The notes beneath the pieces were generated by a model, which made no database searches, was not told where the DNA came from, and worked only from the letters and a program-made list of their open reading frames with translations. A stretch of DNA of 64,000 nucleotides, taken from NCBI GenBank assembly GCA_050575255.1, contig JBNZDD010013714.1, forward strand, positions 4,743,600-4,807,599, written 5' to 3'. Made by a program: the position numbers and the translations under genes. The stretch comes from Harriotta raleighana. Its lineage: Eukaryota. Numbering within the stretch: the stretch's first letter is position 1; each line of letters begins with the position of its first letter. Positions 38,996 to 50,910 of the stretch are shown in pieces.

Positions 38996-39329
38996 AGTTG
39001 TATAGCCAGCAGAAATTAAGTTTTATTAACATAAACACTGAATTGTTTTGAAAGAAGACATATCAGAGACAGAGGCTATGTCATTTACTCTTCAAATATT
39101 TTCCTTACTACCATCCTGTCTCTATCAGGAATAATTAGATGATTCTATAAAAAAGACACCCAGATTGAGAATTTTTTCGAAAAAGACTTTTGGCCTTGCT
39201 GTAAAAAATTGCCTGTTTGTAGACAAACCAACAGATAAGTCATAGCAGAAGTGAACCCTTTTTTAATTATAACAATGTGACATCCAATCTGTGACATGTT
39301 TAAACATTTTATAATGTGTCTCCAGGTCT

Positions 39330-39568
39330 TTGACTATAAACACATTCATTACACTCTTGTGTATATATCCAGTGAAGCACTTTGAAATGTCCTTCCAATA
39401 TAAAAGGTGCTGTATCAAATGTTAGGATATATTACAACTATCATTATTATAATAATAAATAATAATCCTTGCATTTGATATAGCACTTTTCACGTCTTCT
39501 AGACATCTCAAAGAGCTTCACAGAATATACTGTAAAGTGAATTGACTGTATACTTTGGGGCGAAACAA
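39330..39568. mobile_element. Tail-to-tail pair of truncated SINE 3' ends (+ 39330-39435, - 39450-39568)
   Basis: gtgaagcactttgaaatgtc...aaaaggtgctgtatcaaatg, an AT spacer, then catttgatatagcacttttcacgtc...gacatctcaaagagcttcac. Confidence 0.8.
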
Positions 39569-42500
39569 GTGAAGTGATGAGAGTGAAACATAGCTACAAT
39601 TACCATGTGTACGATTAGCTCAAAATAACAAGTTTAGCTCTTAGTAACTAAGTCTTGTTGACACTGATGTGTTGCGATAATATAGGTTTTATTGTAGTTA
39701 GTTACAATTGGAGAACTCTGTAATTTCTTCCAGATTTAGTTTACTTTTGTGTAACACATTTGCTGTTTTTCAAAAGAAAATTGTTTTCCTTTTTCAAAAA
39801 TTTCCCAAGAAGTCTTACCTTCTGATCTGGTGGCAACCATTGAAAGATATGAGACCAACACAAGAATACAAGCACTTAGTTGTTATTTTCCTTTCCTTTC
39901 CTTTTGATGGAAAATAGGGAAGCTACTATAATCATAGAATTCATTCTTCAGTAAATAATACATGATACAGTATGCATCATGGTGCATCATTACAACAGCC
40001 ATGTTCTCTACACGTCTTTCACAATGATCACTTTCACTGTGCACACAAAAACAACCATTTTCAAATTGAGAATTTACTCTGTACCAGTAAGCACAAATCT
40101 ATTGCAGAATCGATCAATACAAAGCTGATCCTCAGAAGTGCAATGTATTATCTTGTACTGAATCAATGCAGATACAATTAAAAAGTCATGAGGTTACAAC
40201 TAAAAAGTTTTCGCATATTTCTCATTAGTTTTGCAAGTGGTAACTTCTTTCTCACTTTATATTGTAAAATCCTCATCAGAGCTCTTGTCCACAAATCTGA
40301 ACCTTAACTTCAAGGCCCTTCTGTAGCTATGTGACCTTTCTCAATTTGGAAGGCCAAATTAGTGCCAAGGTACTGGAACCTTGTAGTTTCATCTAAACTA
40401 GACATAGGATTTCTTCCTACCAATCTCAGGGCTCCAAACAGCTGTCAAACTGAACATTTTAGTTTCCTCTGGGGTATTTGTGCACTCTGGACCGACAAAT
40501 GAAGAGATGCCTTTACCCTATTGTACTGCCCATCCTTAATCAAAATCTATACCTTTAGCAGCACGTAGGCAATGATATTGCTGTTAAAAATCATTAAACA
40601 TACTGATTTCAACGATTTCATTGTTCACTGCTCTGTAACATGATCTTCACTATAATATGCTTTCTATATGCCCCACCAGTACAATGCTATAAAAAAGATC
40701 TTGTACATTTGGCGATTTCTGCAAGGTTGGATGGGTAACATACCCTACATTTTACTACAATACTAGTTACAGAAATCCAATTAAATCCTTGTGGGCCTTT
40801 GTCAATCTTGGAAAATTTCTTGGGAAACAGTTGTTTTGGGTAATTTCAGCATCTGTCATACGATCGATGATGTAGAAACAACAGTAATTATAGACAATTT
40901 TAATTGGAACAATGCCTGTCACTGAATCTAAATTTCTTGCTTGGGAGCATATGTGAGGATTCCTTTAACAGAAAAGACATACTTTGAATAATGAATAAAA
41001 TATTTTGGTCAAAAAAGCATTTAACGGCTTAATGCAATGTATCTGAGGCTATTTCTCTATTTTAAAATGTGACTTTATTCATTCCTTTTATATATAATCA
41101 ATATATCTGCATTTTGTAATGGAAAAACAGTCACAGTTACACAATAAATGCAGCTCACACCCCTTCTTTTGCAGAAAGTCAGTAGAAAAGTATTTTTTCG
41201 GTCAGTTGTTGAAAGAATTCCCAAGTGCCAATTGTGGTTGTGTTTGTGTTTGCACAGTAAATAGTCAATGCCACCGCCTGCAATAATGAAAATTTCAGCT
41301 ACTTGTGCGCTATAAATTTTAAAATGCCTGTATGAAACTCTGTGTATAGAGTTACGGTGAGAATATAGCCATCACCACACACAAAAATTTTTTACAATCC
41401 AGGTGCTGCATGTCCTTGAGGATCCCATCATAGAACAGTAAGAAGGCCAGAAGAGAAAACGTGATCTTTTGTTAACAAGTACAAGTAACAAGCATCAACC
41501 TTAGTATGGATTGATTAGAGTCATACATATCTGCACATTAGGGTTTAAATGCAGTGATTTTTAATATATTCCTTAATAATAACACCTGTCACAAATGTGA
41601 ACAACTTCCAGTAATGTGAATTACTATCTCTGCCAAGGACCCCCACCACCATTAGATTTCAATTTCGCATCCTTCCTCATACTGAACAATCCTCCTTTAC
41701 ATGAGAGGGCAAGCGAGTCTGTTGCTATAGAAGTCTGAGAAGAAACCTACGGTGATTCAACAACAAGGCAGGAGACATGCCAATCATTCCTCTCCCTTGA
41801 GACAGAATGCAATGAATGCTATTACAGTGAGTTGCAGGCTGTTTGAGAACTGGCTAAACTCACCTATGGAGGGGAAAAACAGTGTTTGTGAACTTATATT
41901 AATAGTACTCTTACAAAATAAAGGTTTATATAAAAAAATCTTTGAAGTGATAAGCAGAGGAAAATTGAATTGATGACATCGTAAACAAAGATTAAATGGT
42001 TTCTAATCATCTGAACCCTAAATTAGATTAGGATTTTTAAACTGCTCCCAGATACAATACCTGCTATTATTTATGGTGCGGACGTTTTCAATTTCCTGTA
42101 AGGATTTTGTTCTATTTTAGGTTGGTCTTTTTATATTGGCAGTGAGTTTCCATCAGAGAACTATCTGTCCCTTCAACACGGGGTAACTTTCACACTGAGG
42201 ATTAACCATTGTCACCACATGTTATTGAGAAATAATCATCAATTCATTCACAGGAAATTCAATGTCCAGGATGTATTAAAAGCCTATCGTGGTTTTTGTA
42301 TCCTCCACCATGTAATCTAGTTTTCTGAACTGAATACAACAGTGTTTTGCTTTGTCTAGACAGTCAGGCAGTTTGAAAAGAAAGAAATGTCATTTTTAAC
42401 ATGCTTCATGCAATTTCACAGTTTCTAGTAATAATGAGCTGTCCTTCTGCTGCACATAAGCTTTTGAAGTATCCAAGCATATCAGCTTTACAAGGTCATC

Positions 42501-42922
42501 TGGGCTCTGTTGGAACATTGATACAGTAGAAAGCTTCTCAGACTATGAGTCTTGCTTCCAGTAGGGTATGATCATTAGAATGATCTAAGTAGATTTTTGT
42601 AATTATTTTTTCCACTACTGATCAGTTTGCATAGCACATTAGCAGCATATACAAGCAACCCGTATACCCCTTGTGCTTATTTCCATGTTAAAGGTTTGCT
42701 CTGATTCACAGAAAAAACATCTAGAGTGATCTTATCAGCTGCTTTCCCTGGAATGCACCATGATGCCCTCTTCCTGTCATGTCAAGAAAGGGTTCCTGGG
42801 TATCCTGAACACACCAGAGGGCAGACTCAGGAATTGGTGTACAAGTGGGAATAATAACTTGGGTTTTCTGTTTGACAAAAGAAAATCTGAGTGGGATAAC
42901 CTTCCATCCAGAACCTGCTCTC

Positions 42923-43430
42923 AGGGCAGCTGTGTGGAGTCTGGTGCTGGTGAATTGGATAATTTACACATAGCATTGGATCATTATGACATTCCAACAG
43001 GACTGGGCTTTCCCATGATCAGGGAATAAAATGCTGAAAGGGAACATGATTGAAATCAGATTAGGATCCATCCAATATCTATTAGATTCAACAATATAGA
43101 CAATTGTAACCAGCGCAGTGAACACTGCAACACACTGAGATACTACAACAGCAACAAGATTAAATTTGTATAAAGCCTTTCACATCAGGACAATATCTTT
43201 AGTAGACTAAGACCTTGCAGGTTTAGTTGGCAAAGGAGCAGAGCACGTGTGCAGGAGAGGCTGGCAGAGATTGAATGAGTAGAGAGGGGAGAGACTGAGG
43301 GGATTTGATGAGTTGATTCACTGGGTTTCTGGGAACTAAATGGAGCTTTGTAGGATTGGAGGGCAGTTGTGTGGAGCCTGATGCTGGTGAATTGGATAAT
43401 TTATACATTGGCTTGCATAGAATTGGATCA
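42923..43430 (+). repeat. Imperfect ~60-70 bp direct repeat (42923-42983 and 43360-43430), CR1-like ORF2-end sequence
   Basis: agggcagYtgtgtggagYctgRtgctggtgaattggataatttaYacat occurs twice; peptide WDNLPS...LDNLHIALDHY resembles the CR1 C-terminus. Confidence 0.6.
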
Positions 43431-44264
43431 GTTGAAGCTTGTGGAAAATGGAGCTACAATGGAGACCACAGTGGAAACATCTGCAACATAAAGCTATCTT
43501 GTTTTATTTTATCACTGTCATGTTAGAACTGCGGAATCAAGACTTGTTATAAAATTAGACAGAGATAAGGATAGCAATTATCCATTCAGGTGTGACAAGT
43601 TGTTATTGAACAGCTATTTATTTCTGCCCATCGAGCTATGGTTGAAAGTGGTTTTGTGTGTATCTTTCTGTTCTGTGTGCAACTTGCGGTATCTAACTGC
43701 TTAACTGGGTGTAGAAGTGTATCATTTGAACAGAATTCAGAGGAATCATTGATGTGTCTAGTGTTGTTCCAGAACACTCTTTTTGCAGGTGCAGGGGAGG
43801 CAGGCGAGGGTCAGGTACATTATTTGCTGCTCTCTCAAGCTCCAGTCCTTTGCCAGCACTTGTGTGGGTACTGATGCATTACAATTACATTTCTGTCCGA
43901 AGGCTGCAGTCCCCGAGCCCTAAGTTTGTTTTCAGATGGTTTCCCGCCCTTGTTGTTTTAGTGCGCAGCAACCAATCTGCAGTGATTAATCTCTTCACAG
44001 GTCCTGAGCTGGGCAGTCCTCTCAGCTACAATCAAGCCTGCCTGTTAAAGTTGTTTATTTACCCTTTTACTTTGTGTGAAACACCGAGGAATGACTGGCT
44101 GTCTTTTCTGTCTGGCTCTTTCCTTATCTCTGCCACGAATTCCCATTGTGGCAAACACCAGTTATTTTATCTAATGAAAATGGCAACGCACTCTATTCAC
44201 AAGTCTTCTTACACAAGAATACTTCCTGCGAGTCAAATCCATGCTCTTTTTCAACCATGATATA

Positions 44265-44795
44265 TGTTGGCATCATCTCTGAGGTAGAGGTTTATCTGTT
44301 CAAGCCCCAGACTTTAGTCTAGGTTGGCACTCCATTACAGCCCCGAGGGTGTGCTTTTGATTCCTTGAGTGAAATGTTAAACCAAGGTTGTAAAGAGAAG
44401 GCAGTCTTTCTCAGTGACCTATTTGACAATCCCCCAAATAAAATTGGTCATTCATTCATGGATGTTTGGGGGACGTTGTATAAATTGACTGCTATGTTAG
44501 CCTCAAAATACAGTCACTACACTTTATAGCACTCACCTTGCAAATGAGAGGATCCGGGTTCACTCAATCCATGACTATTTTTGGGACACTCCTGGTTGTA
44601 ATTGGCTGCCTCATTTTGTCACAAAATACAGTCATGCACGTTACAATTTAATCTGTGAAGTGCTTTGAGACGTCTCAACAGTGTGATAAGACGCTACATC
44701 AAACACAAGGATTATTATTATTATTATTATTATTATCCTGTGAAGCACTTTGAAATGACTCCCAGATGTGATGAGGTGATCTATCAAATGTAAGT
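44265..44795 (+). mobile_element. Old Deu-SINE with an internally deleted younger SINE (~44527-44736) nested in its 3' part
   Basis: Outer copy breaks at cactacactttat and resumes atcctgtgaagcactttg after the inner copy's (ATT)n tail; inner copy has a head remnant agcactcaccttgcaaatgagaggatccgggttca. Confidence 0.75.
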
Positions 44796-45049
44796 TTTTT
44801 TTTAATGGGAAGCCTGGTATGTGTTTTTCCAATAGCACACATAAAACAAATATGTGATTGCAGCCACATTTGGCAATACTGCACTCACTATTGTTGATAC
44901 CAGATGCTGCTGGATTCAATGCACAAAACATGTTAATCGCCTTGTGTCGACGCATCAGTACACTGACATTTTTATTTTACCAGTTAATCTTGGACAGTTG
45001 ATAATTTTGGCTTTTGTATCAGTGTAACATACATTATCCTATGTGAAGG

Positions 45050-45593
45050 GAACTTCAATGCCCTCCTTGCTGGTCTCCCTTCCTCCACAATCCACAGAGT
45101 CGAGCTGATCCAGAACTCTGCCGCCTGCGTTCTCACCCGCACCAAACTTCGCTCCCCCATTACCCCAGCCCTTGCCAGACTTCACTGGCTCCTTGTCCCA
45201 GAGAGGATCCATTTCAAGATCCTCACCCTTGTCTTCAAATCCCTCCACTCCTCTGCACCCCCCTACCCCTCTGATCTCCTCAAACCTGCACCCGTTGCCT
45301 TTACTACACCGGGTCTGGCCTCCTCCATGTCTCCCGAATTCCTCCGCTCCACCCTCGGTGCCGTGCCTTCAGCCACTATGCCCTTAGGCTCTGGAATTTC
45401 CTTCCTCACTCTCTTCGCCTCACCCCCTCTCTTCCCAGTTTCAGGTCCCAGCTGAAGACCTTTCTCTTCGACCGCACCTTTGGTCACCTTTCCACCCCTG
45501 CCCCTGGCTCAGTCCCGGGATCCGCTATTGTGAAGCGCTCTGAGACGCCGTCCGACGTGGAGGGCACTATGTAAATAGAAGTTGTTGTTGTTG
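45050..45593 (+). mobile_element. L2 LINE 3' fragment, subfamily A
   Basis: ttcaatgccctccttgctggtctccct (FNALLAGLP), atccagaactctgccgcc (IQNSAA), cttcactggctc (LHWL), ctgaagacctttctcttc (LKTFLF); (GTT)n tail. Confidence 0.95.
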
Positions 45594-46489
45594 GGAACTA
45601 TATAAATGCTGGTGGTTGTTGTTCTTGTTAATAGCACACAGATTCTGTGCATGCAGTGCAATATTGTGGTCAGGTGGTCACTGTGGGTCTGAGAATGCAT
45701 GTTCAAGCACACTAGATGTGATTGATTACAGTAGTGGTGAATTATTCGGCTGCTACCTGCTCCAGTAGTAAGACTTCTGCCTGCTTTAGCATTGTTCTGC
45801 AGGTATCCTCGGTGCTTACACTCCAGATGTCAATGGCATCAATAAAACAAAACAAAAATAGATGATGTTATCAGTTATGTTCAAAGATGGAGACTGATCA
45901 GCATCTGAACATTCTCTATCCTATGGTTATGCGTGGGCAGGCGGGCGGGGGCAATAGATTTTATTTATAATAATGAGCATTGAGAGAGAACACTGTAAAA
46001 TGATTTACTTTGACGTGAGTGTATTTTAATTCAGCCTTATTCAAACTTGGCTTGACATTACATTTTACACTATAGAACATGTATCAAAGTGTAACGAGAT
46101 ATAGTCCAGCTTTAAAGGAACCACTGAATGCAAATGCTGGACAGATCTGATTTCGATCATCTATTATGAATGTGATAACAAATTTATTTCCCAAGCTTCC
46201 AATCTTGGGCAAGAATTTTGGAAGTAATGTTAAATTTGCTTCAGTCATCCCAAGTAGTATGCAGCTCCTCCAATAGACTCATAGAACAAAACCACAATCT
46301 TTCCTCCTGTCTTTTCCCACTTTACTCAGAATAACCAAATAGGAGAAGGAACTGATCTTTTTACTTAAAGCCAGTCAAGTTCATCAGACCTGTTTAATAG
46401 GACCACTAATTGATGCAGGAAAATCTCTCTTCCTACCTCAGCCCAACTGAACCCCAGAGACCAAGACCAATCAGGAAACATCAATCCTT

Positions 46490-46845
46490 AAACATGCTCC
46501 CAACCACCCTATCCTCTCCCTCTGTTCAGCGGGCTCCGGTCTGCTCCAAATCTCCCGTTCAACTCACCTTATCATTGATGGTCGGGTTTTCAGCCTCTCT
46601 GCCCACACACTCTGGAACTCCATCCCACAGTCCTTTCACTTTGCTTCCTCCCTTGCCTCCTTCAAGGCTGGTCTCAAGATCTTCTTTTTTGATTGTGCCT
46701 TCTGCAGCCCTCCCACCTCTCTCCCTCTCCTCCCCTCTACCCTGCCCCTCCCTCATGCTCGGGTCCCAACCCCTGACTGTTCAGCGCCTTGGGACATCCT
46801 CCTGATGTGAAAGGCGCTCTACAAATGTAAGTTTGTTGTTGTTGC
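46490..46845 (+). mobile_element. L2 LINE 3' fragment, subfamily B
   Basis: ctctggaactccatccca (LWNSIP), ttcaaggctggtctcaagatcttt, C-rich UTR, gcgccttgggacatcctcctgatgtgaaaggcgctctacaaatgtaagtttgttgttgttg. Confidence 0.92.
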
Positions 46846-46877
46846 TTGCTCCTTGTGCACTCACAAACTCTATCATG

Positions 46878-47468
46878 ATAATCCTTGCTATTGGTACAGC
46901 ACCTTATCATAAAACATTTCAAAGCATTCACAAATGTTTGAGTAAAATGTAAATACTGTCCATGTGTACACAAATGTAGCAACCAGTTTGCACACACCAG
47001 TATCCATAAACAACAACAACAACAAAATTACATTTGTATAACACCTGTCATATCAGGAGGACGTCTCATGGTCCCAAACAGCCATGAAGTGAATGACAAA
47101 TCTCTTTTTTTTATCTGGGGGTATCTTTGGCCAAGAAAAACTCCATTGTTCCCTCCTTTCCCGACTTTCACTGACTGTCCCTCGTCTTGGGACATCCTCC
47201 CGACATGACAGGCGCTGTACAAATGTAATTTTGTTCTTGTTGTTCTCTTTTCAATCAGTCTTAGGCAATCTTTAACATTCACCTCAACAGATACAAGAGA
47301 CCTTGGTTTAATGTCTCATCCGAAGGATGTCACTTTTGACAATGCAGCGCACCCCCAGCACTGAACTGGAGGGTTAACCTGGACTGTGAACTCAAAGTCC
47401 CAACATGAAGTTTGAACCCACAAACTTCTGATAAGAAGGTGAGTAAATTGCTGCCTCAGTCAAGCTGC
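46878..47468 (-). mobile_element. Old Deu-SINE interrupted by two oppositely oriented L2 tails (47009-47070 minus; 47170-47243 plus)
   Basis: SINE segments are co-linear with 29295-29673 (aaacagccatgaagtgaatgac; ttggtttaatgtctcatccgaagga; tttgaacccacaaacttctga). Confidence 0.82.
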
Positions 47469-49454
47469 CATCCTAATGTTCTTCCTTCACTGAACAAAAA
47501 GCATGGTTTAATAAAAACCGTGGATAAAACTTATAAAAAGTGCAATAAACTTCTTAAAATTCATGGAAACCAGACATATAAATTTAACATGAGAATTGTC
47601 TTCTCGGGCACCATGTCACTGCCCAAGCTGCGAACAAGATAACTCGTTGAGCATTAGCAGGCCTATTTTTGACATGGGAAAATTGCTTGAAGGATTGACC
47701 TGGTCGCATCCATGGCACGATTGCGTCAATCTTCACATTTTTTGTCCATGTAGGTTTGGTTGTTTGCTGCGTTGGGGTTGAAAGGACTATGTGATATAAA
47801 AGGGGCATTAAACTCCAGACTCCAGAAGCTCAACCAGACAAGTTTGTAATGGAAACTCGCCAACGTTGCAGCCCAGGAAGGCTAAGAAACTGAAGATATG
47901 TGTTCCAGCCAAATGAATTTTTTAAAATGCACTTCCAAAAAAAATTATATAAAGAGAATTGTGAGTATTGTTATAAACTAAATAACTAAATACCACTTGG
48001 GGTATTTGTGGAATCATATGTTTATGATTAAGATGGTAATTTGAGGAGCACTCATGACCTGTTCTTTAGTGAATAGCAATCATTTGATCTCAGGAAATAA
48101 ACTAGGCTAAGTAATTTTTTATATGTAGATTAAATTGACCTAAAATTAGGAAATGTGCCCAAACAGTTCATCAGTTTAAAACATGCTTTTTGCCTTTATA
48201 TCTGACTACATGCAACAAAATCACAATGTGTGTGCTGGAGATGGAAAAAAATCAAGTTAAGATGTGCCCAAACATTTTCCAGTACACCTCAATGACTTTC
48301 CTGTTCCAACCATTTCATGCAGCTAATGCAATGCAAAGCAAAATTACATTTGTATAGCGCTTTTCATGTCGGGAGGACAGTTAATGTTCAAGGAACCACA
48401 AAGCAATATTAAAATAAATTAAACCAAATCCTATTTTACATACAGTATTTGCAATAATATTGTTTTATGAACCTGATATTAATCTGACGTGGCCCACATT
48501 TAGCAGTTAGTTTTCTTAAACTGCGGCCCCTTTATAGAATATTCTTGATGTAAAATCCACAGAACAAACTCTTGTACAAATGACTTTTGACTAAAGCTAG
48601 TCTTTTTTATGGTTTTGGATGAAAATTTGATTGTGGTTCATCTTTGACTTTGATGCTCCACAACATGAAGGTTGCATGTTAACTCACAAACTTGGATATC
48701 ACACACACTGTAGGTTTTGGGGAATAATTTCACTCACAAACTATGATTTTATTGGAATTTTTAATATTTGAAGGGAGTTGATTCTTCTCTTCGAAATCTA
48801 TTTCAAAGTTCCAAAAGAATTCTAATTAACTTTACTTTTTATTTCCACATCTGTTAGGTTTTTGGTTCAGTAATTTTGATGGGCTCCTTAGGGCAGACCT
48901 GGTTTAGAATTATTGAGCACAATAACACAGAATGTCTGGTAGAGCTGGAGTGATTAATCCACAAAACTTTGTGATATTTCAACTTGTTAAAATGTAACTT
49001 TCTCGTGTTCAGCCAAGTTGAGGATATCATCGGCACTAAAAATCTAAAAAGCATCAACAGAAATAGGAAACGCTAACTATTTGAAATTGTTTAATTTTCC
49101 TTTGTTTCCACCAATTTTCCCTTGTATTTGGACTATTTTTCCTTCTTTAGAGTGTAATTCTGTATCTACCAGTTGCTCTCTGATACCTTGTCCAGGTGGC
49201 TTTTGTTTGTGTGAACCTTTACAGTATTTGCAAACTGTTCAACTGTAGTGGGCATCATAATTTTCTGGATGGCAATCTGAATTTGGTGTTATAAAAGAAC
49301 AATTTTATCATTATAATCATACGATATCACAGGGCGACTTCGAAAACAGTTATGTGGCATAGTTATGATGTCTAAACAACAACGTGTAAATGACCAGTTA
49401 AGCATTGAAAATAGAACTGGGAAAGTATAAACTTCATTTGAACACTATATGTTC

Positions 49455-49722
49455 CCCCCCCATCCCTTCCACCATCAGTAGTTTTCAGTCACCTTGATCC
49501 AAACCTCTGTAACACCCTGCTTCTATTTCCTTTGCCCTCTTTTTATCTATTTTTAATTCTTACCTTAAAATTCCACCTTTTCAAATGCACTCTTCTCCCT
49601 TGCTTGTCATCAAACTCTACCCCACAACTGAAATGCTTCAAGATGTTGTCCTATGTGAAGGCCCCTATATAAATGCAAATTACATTTGCATAGTGCCTTT
49701 CACGTTGGAAGGATGTCCCAAG
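49455..49722. mobile_element. Old + strand L2 3' end abutting a - strand L2 tail (tail-to-tail)
   Basis: ...ccttaaaattccaccttttcaa...tgtgaaggcccctatataaatgcaa | attacatttgcatagtgcctttcacgttggaaggatgtcccaag. Confidence 0.75.
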
Positions 49723-50039
49723 TCATTGAATTATATTACCAAGAGGGAACGGTGTACACCATTTGTAACGTCTGCTTCCAGCAACTGTGGAAATTAAATT
49801 TGTGGTTCCATAACTATTATTTTATCAAATAGGCATTGTTTTTGCACACAATTGTTGCAAAACCACACCAAACATGCACAACTTCTGCTTCCTATAATGC
49901 TGTAATTTGCTGCTGGTAGCATGAGCTGGCACTGAAGCTCACCCACAGACAGACACACACATCTTCAACACCATATGGGGCACAAGGCTCCAATAATATT
50001 ACACCCTCGTCCAAGTTCACAAGAAATGATTCAGTGTTG

Positions 50040-50160
50040 ACACTTATCTCATTGCTGTTTGTGGGACATTGCTGGTGTACATTAGCTGCCACATTCTCCT
50101 ACATGACAACAGTTACTTCAAAACAGCTCATTGTATGAAACTCTTTGAGACGTTTCAGTC
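50040..50160 (+). mobile_element. Deu domain fragment (AmnSINE1/SacSINE1-like)
   Basis: tctcattgctgtttgtgggacattgctggtgtacattagctgccacattctcctacatgacaacagttacttcaaa. Confidence 0.75.
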
Positions 50161-50606
50161 TAATGCAATGTGTGTTTTTATGAAAAAAGATGTGGTCTGC
50201 AAGTTTGTAATCAAAGCTTGTGCTGAAAGTTAACGAAATGTTTGCATATTCAGTTAAAAAACAATAATTGCTAAATATGTAGATCGGATTGAAAAGCCTG
50301 CAAGATAATGACTATTCCCATTCCTTCATTATCTGTTTTCAGAACTTTCCCCTTTCAATTTCTCGTATAGAATGCAACTGCCCCATGGAAGTTCAGTTAG
50401 CTGTACCATCATTGTATTACCTTACCTCTGATACAGAAAGTGCTAATGCTATGGGGGAAGGGGGAATTAAATTGATTTCATTTTTAAATCAACTGACCAC
50501 CTATCCCATGAAGACAATCAAGACTTTGTCATTGGCAAATCCTCAGAAATGCTTTGGGGTTGTGGAGCAAACATTCCCTAGCCTTATAGCACATCTTCTA
50601 CATTTA

Positions 50607-50910
50607 CAACAACAACAACTTTGATTTATATAGCGCCCTTCACACCAGACGGAGTCTCAGAGCGCTTCACAATAGCGGATCCCGGGACCGAACCAGGGGC
50701 AGGGGTAGAAAGGTGACCAAAGGCGCGGTTGAAGAGAAAGGTCTTCAGCTTGGATCTGAAACAGGGAAAAGAGAGGGCTAGGCAAAGGGAGTGAGGAAGG
50801 GAGTTCCAGAGCCTCGGGGCAGAATGGCTGAAGGCACAGCCGCCCGAGGGTGTAGCGGGAGAGTTGGGGGAACATGGAGGAGGCTAAACCCAGTGAAGTG
50901 AAGGCAACAC
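50607..50910 (-). mobile_element. L2 LINE 3' fragment, subfamily A
   Basis: Close reverse complement of 45290-45593, including cccgggatccgctattgtgaagcgctctgaga; (CAA)n tail. Confidence 0.93.

Noticed and set aside
40554-40588. TAGCAGCACGTA, identical to the first 12 nt of miR-16, in a small hairpin
   Set aside because: The match stops at 12 nt and the stem is only ~10 bp with a 15-nt loop, far too short for a pre-miRNA.
43754-44260. Longest ORF (168 aa)
   Set aside because: No recognisable domain, and composition is typical of translated non-coding DNA.
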